Shown: positions 44,221-53,025 of the stretch, piece by piece
How the letters are laid out: the number at the start of each line of letters is the position of its first letter
How positions within the stretch are numbered: the stretch's first letter is position 1
Assembly (NCBI GenBank): GCA_964354855.1
Contig: CAYHBO010000004.1
Coordinates: 213-64,212 of the forward strand
Direction of reading: 5' to 3'
Origin: an uncultured Pseudomonadota bacterium
GTDB lineage: Bacteria > Babelota > Babeliae > Babelales > RVW-14
DNA: 64,000 nt
Notes under the pieces: model-generated
The model's database searches: none
What the model was told of the DNA's origin: nothing
The model's input: the letters and a program-made list of their open reading frames with translations, nothing else
Translations under genes and position numbers: made by a program

Positions 44221-45447
44221 ATGAAATTAAAAGTATTTTTTATTATTTTATGTGCAAATTTATGGGCAACAGAAATCACACATACCAGTCAAATAACCCC
44301 ACTCACAGAAACTACCAAAAAAAAATATGAACTCAGTATCGCAGCAATGTTTCAAAACGAAGCCAGACACTTCAAAGAATGGATTGAATTTCACCGTATC
44401 GTCGGAGTAGACCATTTTTATCTTTACAACAATCACAGTACTGATAATTGGCAAGAAGTACTTGATCCTTATATTAAAAAGGGCATCGTCGAGGTTATTG
44501 ATTGGTCAACGCCTGAGACCAAAAATTCCTCTTATTACGCACATTGCGCAACGCAAATAATAATATTCAGAGACGTCTTAAAAAGGGCCGAAAACGTCAC
44601 TGAATGGCTTGCCTTAATGGATTCAGATGAATTTATTTTTCCGATGAAAGAGTGTGCTACCATCCCGGAATGTCTTAATAAATTTTTTGCCGATGCTGAC
44701 GGAATCTATGTTAATTGGCGACACTTTGGAACCAATAATGTAACACTCGGACCAAATGACTCAATGATTGCAAATCTTACCGCTTGTAGTAATGAAAATC
44801 ATTCCGAGAATAAAATTGGCAAAAGCATTGTAAGACCTCACCAAGTTCGCATCAACAATGTTGAATGCGCTCACCATTTTGTCCTTAAAGATGGTCAACG
44901 GTACTACAACGCCGATCATGAAAAAATCAATACCGACGATAAAAAGCTCAATACTCACTATGAAGAACTTTATACTAAAGATAAAAATATCAATGCCGAC
45001 TATACAAAACTCTATATTTACTTTAAAAATATTCATAATGCCGACTATAAAGAACTCTATATTAACTGTAAAAATATCAATGCTATCTGTTGTAAAAATA
45101 TTTTTGACAACCTTGGAAAACCAGATCCGATCTACTACTACAACAGGCTCTGTTCCAACTGTAAAAATATCGATGCCATCCGCGAAAGACTCAATTGGGC
45201 TCATAATTACTTAAAAAGAGACTTCAAATACCATGATTCTTATATAAGAATGAATCATTACAGAATGGGAGATGAAAAATATTTTCAAGATGTGCGCCTC
45301 CCTAGGCAAAAAAAGTTTGGGCAACCAACAGAAGAACAGTTATGGAAAGACTATAACGAATTTAATCAAGAAAAAGATGAAAAAATTATAGATTTTATGA
45401 AAGAATATCACCCTCTGGAATACGTTGCGCTATTGAAGGGGCTCTAA
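44221..45447 (+). CDS. GT92 (DUF23)-like glycosyltransferase, paralog 1, carrying an ~87-aa internal tandem-repeat insertion
   Basis: SD ggagaagg before ATG 44221. MKLKVFFIILCANLWA. YELSIAAMFQNEARHFKEWIEFHRIVGVDHFYLYNNHSTDNW, DxD MDSDEF, NHYRMGDE. Confidence 0.8.
   Translation: MKLKVFFIILCANLWATEITHTSQITPLTETTKKKYELSIAAMFQNEARHFKEWIEFHRIVGVDHFYLYNNHSTDNWQEVLDPYIKKGIVEVIDWSTPETKNSSYYAHCATQIIIFRDVLKRAENVTEWLALMDSDEFIFPMKECATIPECLNKFFADADGIYVNWRHFGTNNVTLGPNDSMIANLTACSNENHSENKIGKSIVRPHQVRINNVECAHHFVLKDGQRYYNADHEKINTDDKKLNTHYEELYTKDKNINADYTKLYIYFKNIHNADYKELYINCKNINAICCKNIFDNLGKPDPIYYYNRLCSNCKNIDAIRERLNWAHNYLKRDFKYHDSYIRMNHYRMGDEKYFQDVRLPRQKKFGQPTEEQLWKDYNEFNQEKDEKIIDFMKEYHPLEYVALLKGL
44908..45190 (+). 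repeat. Degenerate coding tandem repeat (units ~24-45 nt, aaaaatatcaatgccgactat...ctctat...) inside GT92 paralog 1
   Basis: Protein repeats NADHEKI / KNINADYTKLYIYF / KNIHNADYKELYINC / KNINAICC / KNIFDN / CKNIDAI. Absent from paralogs 45540, 46571 and 48601. All frames are locally open. Confidence 0.75.
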
Positions 45448-45539
45448 CTTTCTTTAATCTATTTAACGCGAACTCAATAATTAAACCAAACTAGAAAAAA
45501 AGGGCCTTAAATCCGACACAAAAAAGAAAGGGGAAATCA

Positions 45540-46508
45540 ATGCAATTAAGTATATGGCTCATTCTTTTATGTATAGGGTTGTGGCCAACAGAAATTACCT
45601 ATACAAACTCAATAAAACCACTCACAGAAACCACCAAAAAAAAATATGAACTCAGCATTGCTGCCATGTTTCAAAACGAAGCTTCTCGTTTAAAAGAATG
45701 GATTGAATACCACCGTATTGTCGGGGTTGAACATTTTTATCTTTATAACGACCGCAGTACCGACAATTGGCAAGACATAATTGCTCCTTACGTCAAAGAA
45801 GGACTTATCGAAATCTTTAATTGGCCAGTACCCCCTCAAGATTCGTATTATAGTTCATATTGCACAACACAAGTAAATATCTACAAAGACGCTTTAACTC
45901 GCGCTGAAAACGTCTCAGAATGGCTTGCCTTAATTGATTTAGACGAATTTATATTGCCGATGAAGGAAAGCTCTACCATTCAAGAATGTCTTAATAAATT
46001 TTTTGCAGATGCTGGCGGCATTTATATTAACTGGCGACACTTTGGAACCAATAATGTAACACTCGGCCCAAATGATTCAATGCTTAAGAACCTTACTGCA
46101 TGCAGCAATAAAAGCCATCCTGAAAATCATATTGGAAAAAGCATTGTAAAACCTCACCAAGTCAGTATTAATAGAGTTGGGTCCGCTCATCACTTCCCCC
46201 TCAAAGATGGTCAACAGTACCTCAACGCCAACCGTGAAAAACTCGATGGAGCTCATAATTACTTAAGCATAGACCACAAACATCATGATTCTTACATAAG
46301 AATTAATCATTATAAAATGGGCGATGAAACATATTTCCACAACGTACGCTTACCACGACAAAAAAAGTTAAATCTTTCTATTCCGCTCACATGGGACCAA
46401 TACCACGCATACAATCAAGAAAAAGATGAAAAAATTATAACGTTTTTAAAAGAACATCATCCACAAAAATATAACGAACTATATAATAAAAATATTGAAA
46501 CTTGTTAA
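45540..46508 (+). CDS. GT92 (DUF23)-like glycosyltransferase, paralog 2
   Basis: MQLSIWLILLCIGLWP. YELSIAAMFQNEASRLKEWIEYHRIVGVEHFYLYNDRSTDNW, IDLDEF, NHYKMGDE. Confidence 0.8.
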   Translation: MQLSIWLILLCIGLWPTEITYTNSIKPLTETTKKKYELSIAAMFQNEASRLKEWIEYHRIVGVEHFYLYNDRSTDNWQDIIAPYVKEGLIEIFNWPVPPQDSYYSSYCTTQVNIYKDALTRAENVSEWLALIDLDEFILPMKESSTIQECLNKFFADAGGIYINWRHFGTNNVTLGPNDSMLKNLTACSNKSHPENHIGKSIVKPHQVSINRVGSAHHFPLKDGQQYLNANREKLDGAHNYLSIDHKHHDSYIRINHYKMGDETYFHNVRLPRQKKLNLSIPLTWDQYHAYNQEKDEKIITFLKEHHPQKYNELYNKNIETC

Positions 46509-46570
46509 CCAAATTTTGTATAATTTTCAAACATTAAGTTATTTTTGAGGACAGAGGAAAGGTAAAATCA

Positions 46571-47557
46571 ATGCGATTAAGGATAAGACTTATTCTTTTA
46601 TATATAGGGCTATGGTCAATAAAGGCCGTCTATGCAAATTCAGCAACCCCTCCCCAAATAGAAGCTACCAAAAAAAAATATGAACTTAGCATTGCTGCAA
46701 TGTTTCAAAATGAAGCTTCTCGGTTAAAAGAATGGATTGAATACCACCGTATCGTTGGAGTTGAGCATTTTTATCTTTATAACGATCGCAGCACCGATAA
46801 TTGGCAAGACGTGATTGCTCCTTACGTCAAAGAAGGCCTTATCGAAATTTTTGATTGGCCAACAACTTCTAGATCTTCTTATTATGATTCATATTGCACA
46901 ACACAAGTAAATATCTACAAAGACGCATTAACCCGAGCTGAAAACGTCTCAGAATGGCTTACTCTTATTGACGTAGATGAATTTATATTGCCCATGAGAG
47001 ACAGTTCTACCATTCCAGAATGCTTAAATAAATTTTTTACTGATGCTAGCGGCATTTATGTTAATTGGCGACACTTTGGAACCAATAATGTGACACTCGG
47101 TCAAAATGATTTAATGATTTCAAAACTTACCGCTTGCAGCAACAGAACCCATACCGAAAATTTTATTGGTAAAAGTATCGTAAAACCTCACCAAGTCCGT
47201 ATCAGTAATATTGGATACCCACATCATTTCCCCCTCAAAGAGGGTCAAAACTACTACAATGCCGACCGTGAAATGATCGAGGTCCACCATGAGAAAGCTG
47301 GTCGCCATGATTACCTACGCATAGACCACAAGCACCACGATTCTCACATAAGAATTAATCATTATAGAATGGGAGATGAACACTATTTTAATAATGTGCG
47401 CCTCCCAAGACAAAAACGGTTTGGCCGATCAGAAAGTCAATTATGGCAAGAATATCATGCATATAACCAAGAAAAAGATGAGGAAATTATCTTGTTTTTA
47501 AAAGAAAAACATCCAAAAAAATATGAAGAATTAAGAAATATGCTTCTTGTTTTATAA
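46571..47557 (+). CDS. GT92 (DUF23)-like glycosyltransferase, paralog 3
   Basis: Roughly 90% nt identity by eye to paralog 2 over the N-terminal core, with mostly synonymous differences. IDVDEF, NHYRMGDE. Confidence 0.8.
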   Translation: MRLRIRLILLYIGLWSIKAVYANSATPPQIEATKKKYELSIAAMFQNEASRLKEWIEYHRIVGVEHFYLYNDRSTDNWQDVIAPYVKEGLIEIFDWPTTSRSSYYDSYCTTQVNIYKDALTRAENVSEWLTLIDVDEFILPMRDSSTIPECLNKFFTDASGIYVNWRHFGTNNVTLGQNDLMISKLTACSNRTHTENFIGKSIVKPHQVRISNIGYPHHFPLKEGQNYYNADREMIEVHHEKAGRHDYLRIDHKHHDSHIRINHYRMGDEHYFNNVRLPRQKRFGRSESQLWQEYHAYNQEKDEEIILFLKEKHPKKYEELRNMLLVL

Positions 47558-47599
47558 GTAGAGTTGAGAAAAAATAAAACTAAAAGAAATTAAGTGGGT

Positions 47600-48499
47600 A
47601 TGTTAATGGAGAATTTTAAAATAAAATATTTTTGTCATATAGCTGTTATTTTGATTGTTATTTGGGGAAAAGTTAATGCAGAAATCAACGATAAACCTTT
47701 TGTTTCCGCTCGAATTCATGGGCAAATGGGCAACAATTTTTTTCAGATAGCAGCTGCAAGTGCTTTAGCGTGGGATAATGGAGCAGAACCATATTTTCCT
47801 GATCTTTCTCACACCGCATACCCACGCGTATTTTTTAGATGCAATCAGCAAACTTTTCCTTCACAAAAAGTTTCTTTTACGTGGCATGAACCATCATACG
47901 CTTTTCATGCCATTCCTTACAAAGCAAATATGAAAATTGATGGCTATTTTCAGTCAGAAAAACACTTCCCTCTCTACCGTGATCGTTTACTAAAACTTTT
48001 TGCACCGCATCCTGAAGATGAGGCTTATATAAAAAAGCAATATGCTGACATATTAAATCATCCTTCCTCTGTAGGAGTTCAAATTCGCTATTATCAATGG
48101 GAAGATCCAAATGGATCACTCTATCCCCAATTTGGAAGAGAATTCTTAAAAATGGCTATGAAACATGTTCCTGAAGAATCATTATTCGTCATTACCAGTA
48201 ATAATTTAGATTTTGTTCGCAAAGAAATTCCTGAAGAAATGAAAAATGTCATATTTCTTGAAAATGAAAAAGACTATATCAGTTTCTACGTGCAAAGCCT
48301 CTGTAAACATAACATCATCACTAACTCAAGCTTTGGATGGTGGGCAGCGTGGTTAAATGAGAATCAAGATAAAAAAATTATTTTTCCGAAACAATGGATT
48401 CATAAACTTCCCATACAAGATGTTTGTCCTAAAGAATGGATTAGTCTAGATGCTCCATGGATTCACCCAACAAGAAAATCAAACGGTTTAAAAACTTAA
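47600..48499 (+). CDS. GT11-like (alpha-1,2-fucosyltransferase family) glycosyltransferase with signal/anchor
   Basis: GQMGNNFFQIAAASALA (family motif GGLGNQMFQYA) and TNSSFGWWAAWLN (family motif SNSTFSWWAAYL). The HxRRGDY position reads VQIRYYQW. Alternative starts at 47594 (GTG) and 47606. Confidence 0.75.
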   Translation: MLMENFKIKYFCHIAVILIVIWGKVNAEINDKPFVSARIHGQMGNNFFQIAAASALAWDNGAEPYFPDLSHTAYPRVFFRCNQQTFPSQKVSFTWHEPSYAFHAIPYKANMKIDGYFQSEKHFPLYRDRLLKLFAPHPEDEAYIKKQYADILNHPSSVGVQIRYYQWEDPNGSLYPQFGREFLKMAMKHVPEESLFVITSNNLDFVRKEIPEEMKNVIFLENEKDYISFYVQSLCKHNIITNSSFGWWAAWLNENQDKKIIFPKQWIHKLPIQDVCPKEWISLDAPWIHPTRKSNGLKT

Positions 48500-48600
48500 C
48501 TCATTCATTCTCTCTATTTAAACATTGTCACTCATCAACTTTTATATCATCCTAATAATCAAAAGCTTGTAAGGATACTAGTTATGAGCAAACAAAAGAA

Positions 48601-49560
48601 ATGATAAAAAATATGTTTAGATTATTTATTACTTTCTGTATAACGCTGTTGGCAACAACTACAATCAACACAACTCCTGCAACACCCCCCATAGAAATTA
48701 CTAAAAAAAAATATGAACTTTGCATAGCTAGCATGTTTCAAAATGAAGCCTCTCGCTTAAAAGAATGGATTGAATATCATCACATAGCCGGCATAGAACA
48801 TTTTTATCTCTATAACAACGAAAGCAATGACAATTGGCAAGAAGTAGTTTCTCCCTATGTTCAAAGAGGGCTTGTAGAAATAATAGACTGGCCTACCCTC
48901 TCTTCTTCTGATTGGGGACTACCACAAAGATGTGCCTATAGAGATGCACTAAAAAAAACTGAAACTATATCAGAATGGCTTGCATTAATAGATCTAGACG
49001 AATTCATATTACCATTACAAGGAACTACCATCAGTGAATGTCTAAAGATTTTTTTTCCCGATGCAACCGCAATATACGTTAACTGGCTACACTTCGGCAC
49101 AGGAGGAATAACTCTCGCGCCAGAAGATTCAATGCTTTTAAAACTTACCGCATGTAGCAATAGAACCCATCCCTGTAACGGCGGAGGAAAAAGTATTGTA
49201 AAGCCAGCAAAGGTAAATATTGATAATGTTTGGACGGTTCATTATTGCCCTCTACGAGATGGCTTTCATTATTACAATGTAAATTACAATCGACTGAACT
49301 TCAACAATAAAGGAATACTACAGCTAAATTATAACCACGATAATAGATATATTCAGATTAACCACTATAGAATGGGTGACGAGTCGTATTTCTATAACAT
49401 ACGATTACCAAGGCAAATCAAAGGAAAATTAAGCGAAACCCTTTTATGGGAACATTATCATGCATTCAATCAAGAAAAAGATGACACAATTATAAAATTT
49501 ATTCAAACCAAACACCCCGAAAAATATAAAGAATTCTGGAAGAAATTTTCGGGTAACTAG
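48601..49560 (+). CDS. GT92 (DUF23)-like glycosyltransferase, paralog 4
   Basis: MIKNMFRLFITFCITLLA. YELCIASMFQNEASRLKEWIEYHHIAGIEHFYLYNNESNDNW, IDLDEF, NHYRMGDE. Confidence 0.8.
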   Translation: MIKNMFRLFITFCITLLATTTINTTPATPPIEITKKKYELCIASMFQNEASRLKEWIEYHHIAGIEHFYLYNNESNDNWQEVVSPYVQRGLVEIIDWPTLSSSDWGLPQRCAYRDALKKTETISEWLALIDLDEFILPLQGTTISECLKIFFPDATAIYVNWLHFGTGGITLAPEDSMLLKLTACSNRTHPCNGGGKSIVKPAKVNIDNVWTVHYCPLRDGFHYYNVNYNRLNFNNKGILQLNYNHDNRYIQINHYRMGDESYFYNIRLPRQIKGKLSETLLWEHYHAFNQEKDDTIIKFIQTKHPEKYKEFWKKFSGN

Positions 49561-49688
49561 AATACTCACAGAAAAACATTGTCACAATTAAACTTTTGTA
49601 TCATCCTAATCTAAAATTTCAAGAGACTTATTGAACAATCACGGCTAAAGAAATTTAACCGTTTGCTTAAAGGGAAAGAGTTTATTCT

Positions 49689-50792
49689 ATGAAGAAGATT
49701 ATCGCCTTCTATAGTTTGTTATATTGCAGTTTTCTCGGCGCAGTCAATGTTCCAGAAACACTAAGATTTTACTCTAAAATGAACTCTTTAATAAACACAA
49801 AAAGTTCAGTGATTAGCACTAAATTATTAAAGTTCAATGAAGAACTAGAAAGCGCACACAATGGATCAATCATAGAAGAAGGCAATGGCTATTTAATTGT
49901 CATCCGTAATGAAACAAGCAACTTGCTCTGTAATTTATGTAAGATAAGAGTCTCAGAAATGAAGCTAGCTCATCTCGATAAAAACTTTGAACAAGTAGGC
50001 AAGATAAAAACCATTACCATTAAACCTTCAATTGGCCCTGAAGATCCACGACTTTTTAGATGGCATGGAGAGTTATATCTCACCTACAATGATGAACCTT
50101 ATGAACATATCCATACAAAGAGGCCAATCCAATTCCCTTCAAGGCGTTTATTTGTTGGCAAACTTAATATAACTGAAGCATCCATCTCAGATGCTAAACC
50201 TATTGCTGAAACAGACTTCCTTTTAACCGACATAGAAAAAAATTGGGTACCATTTGAATATCCTGAACAACATGGTGATCTTTATTATATTTATATGACA
50301 TCACCTTACAGAATTCTCAAAATAGATGCTTCTCAAGAGCAACTTTTAGGAACTTCGTGCAAAATAAAAAGTCAACTTGTTTATCGTAATCAACAACCGT
50401 CTTCTTATTTATGGGAAAATGATGTTTGGGGAGACATTAGAGGTGGCACTCCAGCACGATTAGTTGACGGAGTCTACATAACTTTTTTTCACGCCTGGAA
50501 AAAATGTCCCGACACTAAAAACTTTTTTTACATGATGGGGGCTTATACTTTTGAAGCACAACCTCCCTTTAGAATACTGCAAATAACCCCAAATCCAATT
50601 TTATTCAAAGATGTTTATACAGCAAATTACAGAGATGATCATATTCGCACCACCTACCCAGCTGGATTTGCTATAGAAAAAAAAGGGGAAGACACTATTC
50701 TACATATCTCTTGTGGCGAAAATGATAAAGCCACTCGAATTGTTTCTTTAAACTATAAAGATTTGCTGCAAACAATGGTACCGGTTATTTAA
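49689..50792 (+). CDS. Secreted GH130/GT108-like (DUF377-type beta-propeller) protein, paralog 1
   Basis: MKKIIAFYSLLYCSFLGA. PEDPRLFRWHGELYLTYNDEP, EKNWVPFEY, RGGTPARLVDGVYITFFHAW, YMMGAYTFEAQPPFRIL, YPAGFAIEKKGEDTILHISCGEND. Confidence 0.45.
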   Translation: MKKIIAFYSLLYCSFLGAVNVPETLRFYSKMNSLINTKSSVISTKLLKFNEELESAHNGSIIEEGNGYLIVIRNETSNLLCNLCKIRVSEMKLAHLDKNFEQVGKIKTITIKPSIGPEDPRLFRWHGELYLTYNDEPYEHIHTKRPIQFPSRRLFVGKLNITEASISDAKPIAETDFLLTDIEKNWVPFEYPEQHGDLYYIYMTSPYRILKIDASQEQLLGTSCKIKSQLVYRNQQPSSYLWENDVWGDIRGGTPARLVDGVYITFFHAWKKCPDTKNFFYMMGAYTFEAQPPFRILQITPNPILFKDVYTANYRDDHIRTTYPAGFAIEKKGEDTILHISCGENDKATRIVSLNYKDLLQTMVPVI

Positions 50793-50806
50793 TACAGAGA
50801 AACTCA

Positions 50807-51910
50807 ATGGTCAAAAACTTATCCTCACTAATCAAAATTTCAGCCGCATCATTATGCTGTAGCCTCTCCCTTTTTGCTGTTTCATCAAAGGTTAATAAAA
50901 CCGATAGAAACAAGTTTTACACAAAACTACAATCGTGCATGATTATGCAGAACGCAGTCATAACAACTAAGCTGCTTTCATTTGCAGAGCCTTTAAGTAA
51001 CGCAATTAATGGCTCAATTCTTGAATATGAGAATGGATATTTACTCGTTTTTCGCGATCATACCAGCAAAAAACTATGCAAACAGTGTCCGATCAGAAGA
51101 TCAGAAATACAGATGGTAGTTCTCGATCAACATTTTAATCAAAATTCACCAATACAAACCATCACCCCACTATCTGCTTATTGCCCCGAGGACCCTCGTC
51201 TTCATAAAGTTAATGGCAATTTTTTTGTAACTTACAATGATGAACCTTACACACATGCACATCACACGAAAAGTCACGAATGGCTCTGTAGACGCGTTTT
51301 TACAGGCAAGCTTGATCCTATCAAAGCAACCCTCTCAGACATCAGAGAAGTTCCAAGTCCTATAAAAAATTTAAGATATCGAGAAAAAAATTGGGTTCCT
51401 TTTGAATATCAAGATAACTTACATTTCATCTACGCCACTGACCCCTATACTATTTTCAATGTACAAGATATAAAAGATTCACGAGCAGCAGCTTTGTGTA
51501 ACACAAAATTCGCACCTGTTTACAACGTATGGGACCAGAGTATTTGGGGGCCTATCTTTGGAGGCACTCCTGCACGTCTTGTTGACGACGTATACATTGC
51601 CTTTTTTCATGCATGGAAAAAATGTCCTGATAAAAAAAATCTTTACTATGTGATGGGCGCTTATGCTTTTGAACCAAATCCACCATTCAAAATTCTTGCC
51701 ATAACCCCTGAGCCCATTTTTTTTAAAGACGCATATTCCGCAAAACATGCTGAAGCTAAAAAACACATCTTATATCCTGCTGGCTTTGCTATCGAAAAAA
51801 AAGAAAATAAAACAATACTTCATGTTTCTTGTGGAGAAAATGATTCATCAACACGCATTGTTTCAATTGACAAGGATCGTTTATTAGCGACAATGGTACT
51901 CGTCCCTTAG
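50807..51910 (+). CDS. Secreted GH130/GT108-like beta-propeller protein, paralog 2
   Basis: Same motif set (PEDPRLHKVNGNFFVTYNDEP, EKNWVPFEY, GGTPARLVDDVYIAFFHAW, YVMGAYAFEPNPPFKIL). Confidence 0.45.
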   Translation: MVKNLSSLIKISAASLCCSLSLFAVSSKVNKTDRNKFYTKLQSCMIMQNAVITTKLLSFAEPLSNAINGSILEYENGYLLVFRDHTSKKLCKQCPIRRSEIQMVVLDQHFNQNSPIQTITPLSAYCPEDPRLHKVNGNFFVTYNDEPYTHAHHTKSHEWLCRRVFTGKLDPIKATLSDIREVPSPIKNLRYREKNWVPFEYQDNLHFIYATDPYTIFNVQDIKDSRAAALCNTKFAPVYNVWDQSIWGPIFGGTPARLVDDVYIAFFHAWKKCPDKKNLYYVMGAYAFEPNPPFKILAITPEPIFFKDAYSAKHAEAKKHILYPAGFAIEKKENKTILHVSCGENDSSTRIVSIDKDRLLATMVLVP

Positions 51911-51922
51911 GAGCATTTTGCG

Positions 51923-53014
51923 ATGAAAAATAAAGCCATTTTTTTACTACTCTTCTACTGCTCACTTTCAATTACCTCTTCACACGCAGCAGATGCTAAC
52001 GTTGCTGAGATATGCTCATTTTATGCGAATATGTACCTGGGTATCCATAATCAAAAAACAGTTATTAATACTAAATTACTCAGTTTTAAAGAACCTATTA
52101 ATACCGTTGTAAACGGCTCAATTATCGAATACGAAAATGATTATTTAATGGTTTTTCGTCATGATACAAGACAACGGCTTTGTAGCGAATGTCCTCTTAC
52201 AAGATCAGAAATTAACATGGTTAAGCTTGACCAAGAATTCAATCAAAAATCCCCCATACAAACAGTCGCGCTAACTTCCTCCTATGACCCTGAAGATCCT
52301 CGTGTTTATCAATGTAATGGTGAATTATTCATAGTTTATAATGACGAGCCGATTATTCATCAACACATCAATGGTCACCCGAAATGGCTCGGTCGACGCT
52401 TGTTTACAGGAAAACTTGATCCTATAACAGCATCACTCACCAACATTGTTCAGGTCCCTCATGCAGGCATACTGTTAACTTTTAGAGAAAAAAATTGGGT
52501 ACCTTTTGAACATCAAGGGAATGCCCATTTCATTTACGCTACCGACCCCTACACCATTATCGATATAACAAATCTCAAAGATTCTCCATCAGAATCGCGC
52601 TGCCGCACGATTCCCCTAAATGTTTACAATTTCTGGGACAAAGATCTTTGGGGCCCAATCAATGGTGGAACCCCAGCACGCCTTGTTGATGATGTTTATC
52701 TTACCTTTTTTCACACCTGGAAATGGAGTCCTGATAAAAGAAATCTTTACTATGTCATGGGGGCTTATACCTTTGAACCCAATCCACCTTTCAAAATCAC
52801 AGCAATAACACCAAACCCTATTTTATTTCAAGACGCTTTTACCGCAAAGCATCTTGAAGATTGGAAACACGTTGTATACCCTGCAGGATTTGTCATTGAT
52901 AAAAAATCTAAAAAAACAATTCTACACGTTTCTTGTGGAGAAAATGATGCTTCAACGCGTATTGTTTCAATGGATTGGGATATTCTTAAACAAACCATGG
53001 TGCCCGTAGATTAA
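51923..53014 (+). CDS. Secreted GH130/GT108-like beta-propeller protein, paralog 3
   Basis: Same motif set (PEDPRVYQCNGELFIVYNDEP, EKNWVPFEH, GGTPARLVDDVYLTFFHTW, YVMGAYTFEPNPPFKIT). Confidence 0.45.
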   Translation: MKNKAIFLLLFYCSLSITSSHAADANVAEICSFYANMYLGIHNQKTVINTKLLSFKEPINTVVNGSIIEYENDYLMVFRHDTRQRLCSECPLTRSEINMVKLDQEFNQKSPIQTVALTSSYDPEDPRVYQCNGELFIVYNDEPIIHQHINGHPKWLGRRLFTGKLDPITASLTNIVQVPHAGILLTFREKNWVPFEHQGNAHFIYATDPYTIIDITNLKDSPSESRCRTIPLNVYNFWDKDLWGPINGGTPARLVDDVYLTFFHTWKWSPDKRNLYYVMGAYTFEPNPPFKITAITPNPILFQDAFTAKHLEDWKHVVYPAGFVIDKKSKKTILHVSCGENDASTRIVSMDWDILKQTMVPVD

Positions 53015-53025
53015 GAAAGACGCTT

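Noticed and set aside
44761-45214. Overlapping ORFs 44761..45204 (-) and 44858..45214 (+) inside GT92 paralog 1
   Set aside because: They lie entirely within the degenerate tandem-repeat insert, where all frames lack stops. Their products are low-complexity I/F/K/N strings. The GT92 frame is the one continuous with conserved flanks.
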